Shown: positions 5,874 to 15,099, counted from the stretch's first letter. The stretch is DNA of 64,000 nucleotides from Rhodothermales bacterium (GCA_965215165.1 CBDCCX010000006.1:2286959-2350958); one strand, 5' to 3'. Numbers and translations: made by a program. Notes: generated by a model from the letters alone, not told the origin.

Positions 5874-7160
5874 TTTTGGATTGGTGATTTTGGGTTTTGG
5901 ACTGACCTTGTCGGCTCGCCGGAAACTTACGCTCGGTGGCTCTCCTCCAAAACCCGAAGGCTCGGCGAAGCCAATCCCCCATCCGAAGTCCAAAATCGGA
6001 GATCCCCCATCGCCGCCCTCTACCTCCATATCCCGTTCTGCACGCAGCGCTGCGTCTACTGCGACTTCTACTTCACGACGACGCACCGCCTGACGCGGCC
6101 CTTCGTGGATGCGATGCTCGTGGAGATCGACGCCTACGGGCGCGAGTACGGCGGGCGCGAGGCCGTCGAGACAGTCTACGTCGGCGGGGGGACGCCGTCG
6201 CTGCTGCCGCTCGACGAGGTGGCGCTGCTCGTGCGCGAGATCGAGCGGCACTTCGACACGGCGGCCCTCGAGGAGGTGACGTTCGAGGTCAACCCCGAGG
6301 GCGCGACGCGCGACTACCTGACCGGCCTGCGCGACCTCGGCGTGACGCGGCTCTCGCTCGGCGTGCAGTCGTTCTTCGACGCCGACCTCGCGCTCATGAA
6401 CCGCGTGCACGACGCCGAGCAGGCCGTGCGGTCCGTCGAGGTCATTCAGCAGGTCGGCTTCGATTCGTACTCCGTCGATCTCATCTTCGGCGTGCCGGAG
6501 CAGCCGGCCGAGCACTGGATGGCGAACCTGGAGAAGGCCGTCGCGCTCGGCGCGCCCCACCTCTCGACCTACGGCCTGACGGTCGAGGAGCGGACGCCGC
6601 TCGCCAAGATGGTCGCACGCGGGACGGTGACGCCCGCGCCCGACGAGGCCATGCGCGAGCGGTTTCTCGACACGATGGCCTATCTCAGGGTGCGCGGCTA
6701 CGAGCACTACGAGGTGTCGAGCTTCGCGCAGCCCGGCGCGCGGAGCCGGCACAACCAGGTCTACTGGCGGCACGGCAACTACCTCGGCTTCGGCCCGAGC
6801 GCGCACTCGTTCTGGCGGCAGACCCCGTCGCTCGCCGGGCGGTGGGCCAACGTCCGCAGCCTGCCGCGCTACCAGGCCCTGCTTCAGCAGGGGCAGCGGC
6901 CCGTCGAGTCGCAGGAGCGCCTCGGGGCGGACGACCTCGCCGACGAGTACCTTCTGCTCCGCCTCCGGCTCCTCCAGGACGGCCTCGACCTCGACGTGCT
7001 GGAGGCAGACTACGGCGTGGACCTCCTCGTTGAGAAGCTCGACGCCCTCGCCGAGCTCGAGGCCGCCGGCCTCATCCACCCGATCCGCCGCAGCACCGTC
7101 CGCCTCACCGACGAAGGCGCGCTCGTCGCCGACGCCGTGACGGCGCGTCTGCTCAGCTAA
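5859..7160 (+). CDS. hemW: radical-SAM heme chaperone HemW (HemN-like); start uncertain
   Basis: ...IAALYLHIPFCTQRCVYCDFYF (CxxxCxxC radical-SAM motif), GGGTPSLL, HemN_C-like C-terminus. The only canonical in-frame start upstream of the motif is GTG 5859; conserved sequence begins at about 6003. Confidence 0.85.
   Translation: MKIEQFWIGDFGFWTDLVGSPETYARWLSSKTRRLGEANPPSEVQNRRSPIAALYLHIPFCTQRCVYCDFYFTTTHRLTRPFVDAMLVEIDAYGREYGGREAVETVYVGGGTPSLLPLDEVALLVREIERHFDTAALEEVTFEVNPEGATRDYLTGLRDLGVTRLSLGVQSFFDADLALMNRVHDAEQAVRSVEVIQQVGFDSYSVDLIFGVPEQPAEHWMANLEKAVALGAPHLSTYGLTVEERTPLAKMVARGTVTPAPDEAMRERFLDTMAYLRVRGYEHYEVSSFAQPGARSRHNQVYWRHGNYLGFGPSAHSFWRQTPSLAGRWANVRSLPRYQALLQQGQRPVESQERLGADDLADEYLLLRLRLLQDGLDLDVLEADYGVDLLVEKLDALAELEAAGLIHPIRRSTVRLTDEGALVADAVTARLLS
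5874..5995. promoter_or_regulatory. array of four TTTTGGA motifs (two per strand) in the low-GC NurA/hemW divergent region
   Basis: ttttgga at 5874-80 and 5895-5901 (+). tccaaaa at 5946-52 and 5989-95 (= TTTTGGA on the minus strand). Also ggattgg 5878-84 / ccaatcc 5971-77 inverted pair. Confidence 0.3.
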
Positions 7161-7175
7161 CCCTACGCCCGCTCG

Positions 7176-7670
7176 ATGCTTCGCCTCCTGCCCGTGCTCG
7201 CCGTCCTCCTGCTCGCTGGCTGCGAGTCCGACCCGCCGCCGCGCCCGACGCCGACGCCCGGCGAAGAGACCGCCGCCCCGATCCCGTTCCGGCGCGACGG
7301 CACGCTCACGGTCGCGCGCGAGGACGGAGAGGAGATCGTCACGCTCGCCATCGAGATCGCCGAGGGCGACTCGGCGACGCAGCGCGGGCTGATGGACCGG
7401 ACCTCGCTGCCCGAGAAGAGCGGGATGCTCTTCCTCATGCCGACCACGCAGCGCCACAGCTTCTGGATGGCCAACACTCCGCTCTCGCTCGACATCACGT
7501 TCATCTCGCCGGACTCGGTGGTGCTCAACACGGCGAAGTACACGACGCCCTACTCCCCGAACTCCGTCTCCGCCACCGGCCTGTCGCGCTTCGTTCTCGA
7601 GACGCCGGCCGGCTTCGCCGATACGTGGGGCCTCACCGCCGGGGACCGTGTGCGATGGAGCCGCGACTAG
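7176..7670 (+). CDS. DUF192-domain lipoprotein
   Basis: Lipobox LLLAGC; GMLFLMP...FWMANTPLSLDITFISPD is the DUF192 signature. Confidence 0.8.
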   Translation: MLRLLPVLAVLLLAGCESDPPPRPTPTPGEETAAPIPFRRDGTLTVAREDGEEIVTLAIEIAEGDSATQRGLMDRTSLPEKSGMLFLMPTTQRHSFWMANTPLSLDITFISPDSVVLNTAKYTTPYSPNSVSATGLSRFVLETPAGFADTWGLTAGDRVRWSRD

Positions 7671-7689
7671 CCCCACGCCCCGCTGTTCG

Positions 7690-7845
7690 TCATCGTTTTG
7701 TGATGAGCATGAAGCATATGTCAAACCCGCCTGCCGGGAAACTAAAAACCGAGATTTCTCGTTGTGACTATCACCATGCTCGCAGCCCCGTAAGGCTGCA
7801 CCGAAGCAGCGCCCCGACGGCCCCGTAAGGCCGCCGGGGTTTTTT
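7690..7845 (+). ncRNA. candidate structured RNA or 5' leader (unclassified)
   Basis: About 50% GC island in a 70% GC genome with no credible ORF. A 7-bp closing helix GAGCAUG(7705-7711)/CAUGCUC(7775-7781) encloses three small hairpins. Two GC-rich hairpins follow, both with CCGUAA loops (7782-7799, 7812-7839), then U6. Confidence 0.3.
7812..7845 (+). terminator. rho-independent terminator
   Basis: ccccgacggcc-ccgtaa-ggccgccgggg (11-bp stem, 1 mismatch) followed by tttttt (7840-7845). Confidence 0.6.
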
Positions 7846-7870
7846 ATGCCCCTCCTCTCCCCTCCTCCGC

Positions 7871-8407
7871 ATGACGGCCGACCTCCCGCCTCAGTTCTCC
7901 GCTCGCCTCGACGCCGATGTCTACGCGCTCCTCGCCCACTCCATCCTCACCGGCGACCGGCAACTCGTCCGCGAGCCCGACGCCGGCGACCCGCCGCTCC
8001 ACTTCCGCGCCGCCCTCGACCGCGACGCCGGCACCGTCCGCCTGCTCGACTTCCCGCCCGTCACCGACGAGGTGGGCACCGCACTCGGCCACGTCACCGC
8101 CACGGTGACGATTCAGGGCGACCCCGAGGGCGCGTTCGACAGCGAAACGGGGCACGTCCGCATCGAGGTGGAGCTGACCATCGACCCGAAGCATCTGCTG
8201 GCGCGGACCTCGCGCGTGCGGCTCGCGCTCTCGTCCGAGGCCACCATTCGCCAAGCCGAGCTCGAGGCCGATGGCGTCCCGCTGACGCTCAGCGACGGCA
8301 CGGTCACGCTCGTCGGGCAGGGCACCTTCGAGGGCGGCACGCTCGACGGCGGCACCTTCTGGCTCGCCATTGCCTGCGCCATCGACGACGTGGTGGACGA
8401 GTCGTAG
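7871..8407 (+). CDS. hypothetical protein (178 aa, no signal peptide)
   Basis: ORF-track ORF with normal composition (MTADLPPQFSARLDADVYALLAHSILTGDRQL...). No recognisable motif. Confidence 0.55.
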   Translation: MTADLPPQFSARLDADVYALLAHSILTGDRQLVREPDAGDPPLHFRAALDRDAGTVRLLDFPPVTDEVGTALGHVTATVTIQGDPEGAFDSETGHVRIEVELTIDPKHLLARTSRVRLALSSEATIRQAELEADGVPLTLSDGTVTLVGQGTFEGGTLDGGTFWLAIACAIDDVVDES

Positions 8408-8439
8408 CTACGCTACTTGTTGCTGCGCTGCTCGTTGCG

Positions 8440-9792
8440 CTACCGAACGACGGTAAGGCGACGATAGGTCACCCAGTCTCCGATCCAGACAGGGACGAGG
8501 TAGCTCCCGGCTGGAAGCGGCTGCGCTGAAAGGCCCAGCCGGTGTGTTCCTGGAGCGAGCACTCCGTCGTGGACGCGGGCCACGGTGCGGCCGAGCGCGT
8601 CGAGCACGCTGATCCGGACGTGCTCGGGGCGCGTCAGCCTCAGCCCGAGCGCTGTGTGCCTGCGCGTAGGGTTTGGATATGGTCCCTCGACGCGGTCCCC
8701 GACCACGCCCGGCAGAATCGGCACCGAGACGGGGGTCTGCTGGGCCGCCACGACGGCGTCGGTCCACGCGTGCGGCATCGAGCCGGGCACGTACCAGTTG
8801 CCACTGCCGTCGGCGAACTCCTCGTTGTAATACCACACTAGGTCGTCGGTGTGTTCGAGCGCGTTGCGGAGCGTAGTCTCCATGATCGCCGGGTTCATCG
8901 GGTAGCCCTCGGCCTGTTTCCAGGCGATGTTGTAGACGCCGAAGCTGTTCGAGACGCGGTCGCCCCAGTCCGGGCGGAGGTACGGCGGGATGAAGGCGCT
9001 GTCGGTCTCGTCCGAGGCGATGCCGGTCTCGCGCCAGTCGTAGGCGAGCTGGAAGTCTTGGTCGGTGCGGTACTGGTAGCACTCGCCGCCGTCGATCACG
9101 CGGTTGCCCGGCCCCGCCCCTTCGAGGAAGCCGACGAAGAGCGACCCGAGCAGCTCGTACTCGTCGGCACCGGCGACCTGCAAAAGGCGGACGTAGTCCG
9201 GCGTGGCCGGCTCCGAGAGCCACGGCCCGAAGGTGAAGAGCACCTCGGCCTCGGGCCACACGGCGGCGACGGCCTCCATCATCTGCCGCCCGCGCAGCCG
9301 CGTCTGCTCGCGGTAGGCGTCGAGGCTCTGGCTCGGGGCTGCGTAGTCCTCGGGGAAGTTCAGCCACGGCGTGCCGTACTCCTCGACGTCGAAGAAGATG
9401 CCTGCGAACCCAGCGTCGCGGGCCGCCTCGGCGAGCGCACTCCAGTTGGCGAAGACGGGCCCCCACGCCGCGTCGTCGAACACGTCGCCGGGGTCGTTGA
9501 TCGTGACGAGCAGGAAGTTGTAGTCGAGCACCTCGAACTGCCCCGCCACCGCCGAGAGGCTCTGGGCGACCTCGTCAGCGGTGAACGTCCAGCCCGGCTT
9601 CATCAGTTGCCACGAGGCGAAGACCGTGACGGTGATCCCGTCGAACGGGAGCGCCTCGAGGTGGTCGAGGTGCTCGGCGAGGTCCTGGGGGTAGGTCTCG
9701 GGGAAGCTCGGCTGCTGGTGGACGAGGAGCTTCGGGCCGTCCTGGGCCGCAGCGGGCAGGGCCAAAACGAGGGCGAGAGCAAGAAAACGCAT
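8440..9792 (-). CDS. secreted uncharacterised protein with T9SS C-terminal sorting domain (450 aa); short member of the 9823/15262 family
   Basis: Signal peptide MRFLALALVLALPAAAQ. Shares FDG(I)..., GIFFDVEEY, VIDGGE.YQY, W....DF...W, DLVWYYNEE blocks with the two 590-aa paralogs. CTD ...YPNP...ISVLDALGRTVARV...GSYLV...RRLTVVR. Confidence 0.8.
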   Translation of the reverse strand: MRFLALALVLALPAAAQDGPKLLVHQQPSFPETYPQDLAEHLDHLEALPFDGITVTVFASWQLMKPGWTFTADEVAQSLSAVAGQFEVLDYNFLLVTINDPGDVFDDAAWGPVFANWSALAEAARDAGFAGIFFDVEEYGTPWLNFPEDYAAPSQSLDAYREQTRLRGRQMMEAVAAVWPEAEVLFTFGPWLSEPATPDYVRLLQVAGADEYELLGSLFVGFLEGAGPGNRVIDGGECYQYRTDQDFQLAYDWRETGIASDETDSAFIPPYLRPDWGDRVSNSFGVYNIAWKQAEGYPMNPAIMETTLRNALEHTDDLVWYYNEEFADGSGNWYVPGSMPHAWTDAVVAAQQTPVSVPILPGVVGDRVEGPYPNPTRRHTALGLRLTRPEHVRISVLDALGRTVARVHDGVLAPGTHRLGLSAQPLPAGSYLVPVWIGDWVTYRRLTVVR

Positions 9793-9822
9793 GACGGTCG
9801 GGGTGAGGTTAGCAAATAGTCG

Positions 9823-11589
9823 CTAGCGGACGACAGTGAGGCGCTGCGTTTCGGTCCGCTCGCCGACGCGGAGGCGGACGAGGTAGACGCCCGCCGGGAC
9901 CCGGCCGAGCGGGACGCGCTCGGCGTAGCGGCCGGCCGGCTGCACCTCGTCGACGAGCGTGGCGACCGTCCGCCCGAGCGCGTCGAGCACGTCGAGTCGC
10001 ACCGGCCCCGACGCGAGCACGCCGTAGCCAATCGTCACTGTGCCGCGCGCCGGGTTCGGGAAGACCTCGAGCGCCGCGCCGACCACGCCCGGCCCGACCG
10101 GCACGCCGACCGTCGGGCGGACCGGCCGCGTCACCGGTGCGCTCGTGACGTGCTGGTAGGGTCCCGTCTGCGCCCGCGCCCAGACGGTCGCCTTGCCCGG
10201 CGGCAGCCCGGCCACCTCGACCTCGAACGGGGCCGCGAAGTCGTCGCCGACGTAGGCTCCGTTGACGACGAACGAGACGAAGCTCGCCGGCCCATCGACC
10301 TCGGCTCCGACGGTGAAGGACGCGCCGGGCGCAATCGGGCCAAGCGGGAGCGCGAGGGCAATCTCGGGCGACGTGACGCGGTCGGCGGCGACAGCGGGGT
10401 CGTACCAGAACTCGGCGGGCTTGGCGAGGTCGAAGCCCAGCCCCTCGCCCGAGGCGAGCCTGGCACGGGCACTCGCGATCCGCTCCGCAGTGCCAGGCGG
10501 GACGTAGAGCGCCCATCCCGCGTCCGGCTCGTCCCACCAGTTGATTTCCTCGTCGTAGACCCACACGAACTCGTCGGTCGTCAGGAGCGCGTGGTAGACG
10601 TTGTGCTCGAACCAGTCGAGCCGGAAGTCTTCGGAGTGGCCCCAGTTGTAGGCCGGGTCGAGGCCGAGCGGGTAGTCGGCGTAGACGGCGTAGGCGGTCT
10701 GGTGCTGGGCCTGCCACGTCGGGCGGTGGACGGGATCGAGGAGCGTCGTCGCTTGGTAGCGGACGTAGTCGTAGTTGTTGGTCACCAGCCATGACTCGTC
10801 GATGTAGTACGTGCCCTCGTTGCCGTCGATGAGCGTCAAGCCTGGCGCGGCCCCGTCGAGCATCCCGTCGAGGAAGCCGCGCATCAGCTCGTAGCCCGAC
10901 CCTTCGAGGCCGCCGTTGGCCTGGGTCTGGGCGTAGACGACGCCCATCCACCACAGCGAGAGGACCGTCATCTCGGGCTGCGCGCTCTGGAGCGCCCGGA
11001 CGTACTCGGCCCCGCGCCGCCGCGCCTGCGCCTCGACCTCCTCGAACGTCTGGTCCGGGAAGGCCCACGGGAAGTAGCGCCACGGGCTGTAGTCGGCGAA
11101 GTCGTAGTACTCGGGGTCGAAGAGGATGCCGCGCGCTCCGCTCGCCGCGACGGCTCGGGAGACGAGCCGGGCGTTCGCCGAGATCGTCGCCCACAGGTCG
11201 TCGTCGAACCAGTCGAGGGTCTCGAAGCTCTGTCCCATCTGAACGATGAAGTTGTCTTCCAGTTCGCCCCACTCGATCTGGCTCAACTCGCCGAGTCGAA
11301 CTTCCTCGGCCGTCCAGGGCCGGTCGGCAAAGGCCAGCAGGGGCTGGTCGTAGATGCCGGGGTACGAGATCGCCTCGTGCCAGCGCCCGGTCCCGAGGTG
11401 GAACGCGATGCCGTCGAAGGGCGAGCCTTGCAGCTCGGCGGGGTGGTCCAGGAGGAAGTCGACGCCCGGCGTGCTCCAGCCGAAGTGGAGGAGGGTTTTC
11501 TGGCCGGGTTGGTGCGCCGGGCTGGGCGTGCGGACTTGGGCCGACGAAGCCGATGCGGTAAGGGCGAGGACGAGCGCGAGGAGTTTCAT
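9823..11589 (-). CDS. secreted uncharacterised protein (possible glycoside-hydrolase-like barrel + Ig-like domain) with T9SS CTD (588 aa)
   Basis: Signal peptide. Conserved blocks GILFDPEYY, LIDGNEGTYY, WGHSEDFRLDWFEHNVYHALLTTDEFVWVYDEEINWW. CTD FPNPARGTVTIGY...LDVLDALGRTVATLVDE...AGVYLVRLRVGERTETQRLTVVR. Confidence 0.8.
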   Translation of the reverse strand: MKLLALVLALTASASSAQVRTPSPAHQPGQKTLLHFGWSTPGVDFLLDHPAELQGSPFDGIAFHLGTGRWHEAISYPGIYDQPLLAFADRPWTAEEVRLGELSQIEWGELEDNFIVQMGQSFETLDWFDDDLWATISANARLVSRAVAASGARGILFDPEYYDFADYSPWRYFPWAFPDQTFEEVEAQARRRGAEYVRALQSAQPEMTVLSLWWMGVVYAQTQANGGLEGSGYELMRGFLDGMLDGAAPGLTLIDGNEGTYYIDESWLVTNNYDYVRYQATTLLDPVHRPTWQAQHQTAYAVYADYPLGLDPAYNWGHSEDFRLDWFEHNVYHALLTTDEFVWVYDEEINWWDEPDAGWALYVPPGTAERIASARARLASGEGLGFDLAKPAEFWYDPAVAADRVTSPEIALALPLGPIAPGASFTVGAEVDGPASFVSFVVNGAYVGDDFAAPFEVEVAGLPPGKATVWARAQTGPYQHVTSAPVTRPVRPTVGVPVGPGVVGAALEVFPNPARGTVTIGYGVLASGPVRLDVLDALGRTVATLVDEVQPAGRYAERVPLGRVPAGVYLVRLRVGERTETQRLTVVR

Positions 11590-11607
11590 CAGAGACGGGG
11601 TGAGAGG

Positions 11608-13257
11608 TTAGCGGACGACGGTGAGGCGCTGCGTCTCGGTGTGCGGGCCGGCCTGGAGGCGGACGAGGTACACACCGGCAGGCAGCCCGGCCAGCGGTAC
11701 CTGCGCGGTGTGGACCCCGGCCGCTTGCCGCTCGTCGGCGAGCACGGCCACGGAGCGGCCGAGCACGTCGAACACGTCGAGCCGGACTGGACTGCCCTCG
11801 GGCACGGCATACGACACGGTCGCGGATGCGCGCGCCGGGTTCGGCCCGACAGTGAGCCTTAGCCCCGGTGCTTCGGGAGCGCTCGCTGTCGCCGTCGTCT
11901 TCCCGGTCGAGAAGACGTAGGCACGGCCGGCGTTGGGCGGGCTGCCCGGCAGGCTCTCCCCGAACGCGCCAACGCCGATTTCGGCGAGGCCGTCGCCGTC
12001 GAGGTCGTCGAGCGCGGCGATCCCGTAGCCGAAGTACTGCACACCATCGGGGTCCGGCACCGGCGGCTCGAGCGTGGCGAGGAGGGTGCCCGTCGAGGAG
12101 AAGAGGTACACGCGGCCGATGAGTGCCATCGGCACGGCGTCCGCGTCCTCGGCGCGGGCGCTCACGATGAGGTCGTCGAGCCCGTCGCCGTCGAGGTCGG
12201 GCACGGCCTCGACAAGCTCGCCGAAGAAGCCGAGGGGCTGCTCGTCGGGCGAGCGGAGCTCGACGGCGACCTCGCCGGTCGCGCCCGAGATCACATAGGC
12301 CCGCCCGAGATAGGTGCCCTGCGTTGGCTCGCCGTTCGCGCCGGTCGCCACGTCCGGCACGCCGTCGCCGGTCACGTCGCCGAGGCCGGCGGCCCAGCGG
12401 CCGAAGAAGCCGAGCGTGACCGCGTTGGGCGAGGCGATGGTGCGGATCGCCGAGCCGTCGGCCCCGCTGACGATGTAGAGGAGGCCGGCCAGGTCACCGG
12501 CGCTGGTGTCGCGGAACGGAGCGCCCACGACGATATCAGGAACGCCGTCTCCGTCCACATCGCCGGCGTCGTCGGAGGTGTAGCCGAAGCCGGCCTCGCG
12601 GAGGGGGCTGGGCGAAGTGATCGTCAGCACGAGCGCGTCGGTCGCGCCGTCGAAGGCGTAGAGCCGGCCAGCTAGGGCTAGCCCGTCCACCGTCTCCCCG
12701 CGCGCGCTCACGCCGACCTCGCCGACGCCGTCGCCGGTGAGGTCGCCGAGGCGTCCGAGGTCGAATCCGAACTCGCCGCCGTCGCTAGGGTTGGGTGAGG
12801 TGAACGAGGCGATCTCCTCGCCCGTGGCCCCGCTCAGGAGATAGACGCGGCCGACGTTTTCGACCCCTCCGACAGTCTCCCGCGAGGCCGGCACGTAGAA
12901 GTCCGGCGTCCCGTCGCCGTCGCGGTCCCCGGCCGGGAGGATGGCGTCGCCGAAGTAGGCGTCGGTCTCGGGGCGAGGCGAGGCGTAGGTGCGGATGAAG
13001 GCACCCGTGGCACCGCTGTAGAGGTGGACTTGGCCGGCGTCGATGACGAGGGGGCCGCCCACCTGCGTGTCCTCGTCCGGTCCCGAGACGGCGACATCGG
13101 AGACGCCGTCTCCGTCGAGGTCGCCGACGCTGGCGAGGGCGATGCCGAAGCCGCCTCCGTCGGCCTCGTCGGGCGAGGCGAAGGTGTAGAGCGGGCCAAG
13201 CTGCGCCTGGACGGTGGCGGCGAACGGGGCAAAGAGCAGGAGGAGGAGCAGGCGCAT
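11608..13257 (-). CDS. FG-GAP (integrin-alpha-like) repeat protein with T9SS CTD (549 aa)
   Basis: Signal peptide. Multiple FG...GDLDGDG.(P/S)D repeats. CTD ...GPNPARASATVSY...LDVFDVLGRSVAVL...AGVYLVRLQAGPHTETQRLTVVR. Confidence 0.85.
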   Translation of the reverse strand: MRLLLLLLFAPFAATVQAQLGPLYTFASPDEADGGGFGIALASVGDLDGDGVSDVAVSGPDEDTQVGGPLVIDAGQVHLYSGATGAFIRTYASPRPETDAYFGDAILPAGDRDGDGTPDFYVPASRETVGGVENVGRVYLLSGATGEEIASFTSPNPSDGGEFGFDLGRLGDLTGDGVGEVGVSARGETVDGLALAGRLYAFDGATDALVLTITSPSPLREAGFGYTSDDAGDVDGDGVPDIVVGAPFRDTSAGDLAGLLYIVSGADGSAIRTIASPNAVTLGFFGRWAAGLGDVTGDGVPDVATGANGEPTQGTYLGRAYVISGATGEVAVELRSPDEQPLGFFGELVEAVPDLDGDGLDDLIVSARAEDADAVPMALIGRVYLFSSTGTLLATLEPPVPDPDGVQYFGYGIAALDDLDGDGLAEIGVGAFGESLPGSPPNAGRAYVFSTGKTTATASAPEAPGLRLTVGPNPARASATVSYAVPEGSPVRLDVFDVLGRSVAVLADERQAAGVHTAQVPLAGLPAGVYLVRLQAGPHTETQRLTVVR

Positions 13258-13707
13258 CAGGATGTCCAGGATAGAGAGCAGAGAAAACAGATGGAGAGCA
13301 CGAGGCTACCGACGGAGACTATTGGCAGTCGCCGCCTAAGATCGCGAGAGATCTACGATGGTTGTCCAAGGGACGCTCGTCGTGCTCTTTTGTACTGGAA
13401 GTGCGTCCGTCGGAGCCGGATGGCAGCTCGGCGGCGTTCGGCAATCGTTACTAGTACCCGCCAGTGGGGAGTCTTACCTCCCGTCGCTGAGAACGCGCGA
13501 CCGCCGCGGTCGTCCTCACCCGCATCGCTAGCTATCTTCCGACCCGATGCCTTGGCACCTGCCTACTATGAACGATCTCGACGACCGGCTGCTGACCACG
13601 CCCGGCACGCCGACCGTCGGGCGCACGGGCCGCGTGACGGGTGTCGACGTGCCGAACTGGTATGCCTGGCTTCCGCGCTCCTGCCGAGAGGGGACCCTCC
13701 GCTCCGG

Positions 13708-15099
13708 CTAGTGGACGAGCGTGAGCCGCCCGGTCTCGACCTGGGCACCCCGCACGAGGCGGTAGACGTAGAGGCCGCTGGGAAGACCTGCCGCGTCGAA
13801 CCGCAGACGGTGCTCACCCGACCCCATCGGCCCGTCGGCGAGCTCGGCGACGGTGCGGCCTTGCACGTCGTAGACCACGAGCGCAACGTCCGACGCCTCG
13901 GCGAGGGAGAAGGTAATTTCCGTGTTCCGCGTGAAAGGGTTGGGGTAGGCCCCAGCGGGGTACGCACCGGCAGAACCCGACGACACCTGGGCACTTACTG
14001 GGTCAGCCTCCGCCCCCCAACGCTCGGCGGCAACATTCCACGTGGTGGCCGGATCGCCCACGGCTTCCGCCGCAGGTGTCACCCTGACAAAGATGGCTTC
14101 TGAGCACGCCGTCGGGGCGTTGGCCGACGGGCCGGCGCAGACGAAGTAGTCGTATTCGCCAACCGTTGCGGCGCCTGGAACCGTCTGGCTGTACGTCCGC
14201 GCAACCTGCCCCCCACTCGCTAGCCTTCCCGTTGCGACGGTGCCCTGAGCAACGAGGCGGCCTCCAAAGCCGGCGTAGAAGAACAGCCCTCCGGAGAGGG
14301 CACCCGAGGTCCCGTTGATCACCTCGTACTCGAACGAGACCGAGCCGCCCGGTTCGACCGTCGTCGGACTCTGCGCCGCGAGCGCGACCGAGAGCGGGTC
14401 GCCTGGCACGTCGCCGAACGCGATGTCGTCGGAGTCTACGAAGTCCGACTCCGACGAGCGGGCAACGAGCTTAGCGATCTTCACCGCTGGCGACCGAAAC
14501 CCGACGAAACCCTGCGTCGAGACTGTAGCTTCGCCCAGTACGGCTCCGGAGGCGTCGAGCACTTGCACGGGCGTCGGCACGTCGAAGAGGGGATCGAAGA
14601 ACCCGCCAGCGCAGTCGACGAACGGCGCGAATGAGAACACGAGGTCCTGGCTGCTTCCGCTGTTCCCAACCTCGATCGAGGAGGCCCCGCTGAAGCCCTG
14701 CCCGGAGACGAAGAGCTCGCCCAGGTTGCCGTCCACGGCGCTGACGGCAGCGGCTGTGATCCCCGGCAGGATGTCACCGGGCTGGAAGATGAGGCCGCTG
14801 CCGAAGAGCCCGAAGCGCTCACTCCTGCTGTCGAGCGGGCTGAAGATCGTCTCGGCCGTGCCGTCGGAGAGGTCTCCCTCCTCATAGCCCTCGGTTAGGA
14901 GCACGCCGCACGATGCTGCGAATGCGGGACGACTCGTGAAGACCTCCACCCCACCACGGGCGGAACCGGGACGGACCTCGGGAGCCTTCTTCTCCAGAGT
15001 CTGAGTAGAAGGCGTCAGCGGGCGGCTACTCTGAGCAACCGCTAGGGGGCTGAGAGCGACGAGGAGGAGCGCGCATAGGGCGCGGCGAAGTGTAGGCAT
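13708..15099 (-). CDS. secreted hypothetical protein with T9SS CTD (463 aa)
   Basis: Internal ATG (rc 15097-15099): MPTLRRALCALLLVALSPLAVAQ signal peptide. CTD YPNPFTRNTEITFSL...VVYDVQGRTVAEL...SGLYVYRLVRGAQVETGRLTLVH. Confidence 0.75.
   Translation of the reverse strand: MPTLRRALCALLLVALSPLAVAQSSRPLTPSTQTLEKKAPEVRPGSARGGVEVFTSRPAFAASCGVLLTEGYEEGDLSDGTAETIFSPLDSRSERFGLFGSGLIFQPGDILPGITAAAVSAVDGNLGELFVSGQGFSGASSIEVGNSGSSQDLVFSFAPFVDCAGGFFDPLFDVPTPVQVLDASGAVLGEATVSTQGFVGFRSPAVKIAKLVARSSESDFVDSDDIAFGDVPGDPLSVALAAQSPTTVEPGGSVSFEYEVINGTSGALSGGLFFYAGFGGRLVAQGTVATGRLASGGQVARTYSQTVPGAATVGEYDYFVCAGPSANAPTACSEAIFVRVTPAAEAVGDPATTWNVAAERWGAEADPVSAQVSSGSAGAYPAGAYPNPFTRNTEITFSLAEASDVALVVYDVQGRTVAELADGPMGSGEHRLRFDAAGLPSGLYVYRLVRGAQVETGRLTLVH

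Noticed and set aside
4713-7724. 1003-aa minus-strand ORF spanning the hemW and DUF192 region
   Set aside because: Only the last about 386 codons (4713-5873) show NurA motifs. The upstream 600+ codons are antisense to the well-supported hemW and DUF192 genes and are compositionally aberrant.
7690-7845. Identification of the candidate RNA as SRP (4.5S) RNA or a fluoride (crcB) riboswitch
   Set aside because: CGAAGCAGC and CAAACCCGCC-hairpin superficially resemble the SRP domain IV and crcB-motif cores. However, the GGAA tetraloop and symmetric-loop context of SRP and the GAUG...CUGAUG...CUAC pseudoknot signature of the fluoride riboswitch are absent. The downstream gene is also not a fluoride or CLC-type transporter.
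13568-13711. 47-codon ORF (MNDLDDRLLTTPGTPTVGRTGRVTGVDVPNWYAWLPRSCREGTLRSG) in the 450-bp lower-GC spacer inside the cargo island
   Set aside because: It is too short, has no recognisable motif, and overlaps the stop of the convergent gene. I cannot distinguish it from chance. The spacer itself (13258-13707) more likely just holds the promoter of the FG-GAP gene.
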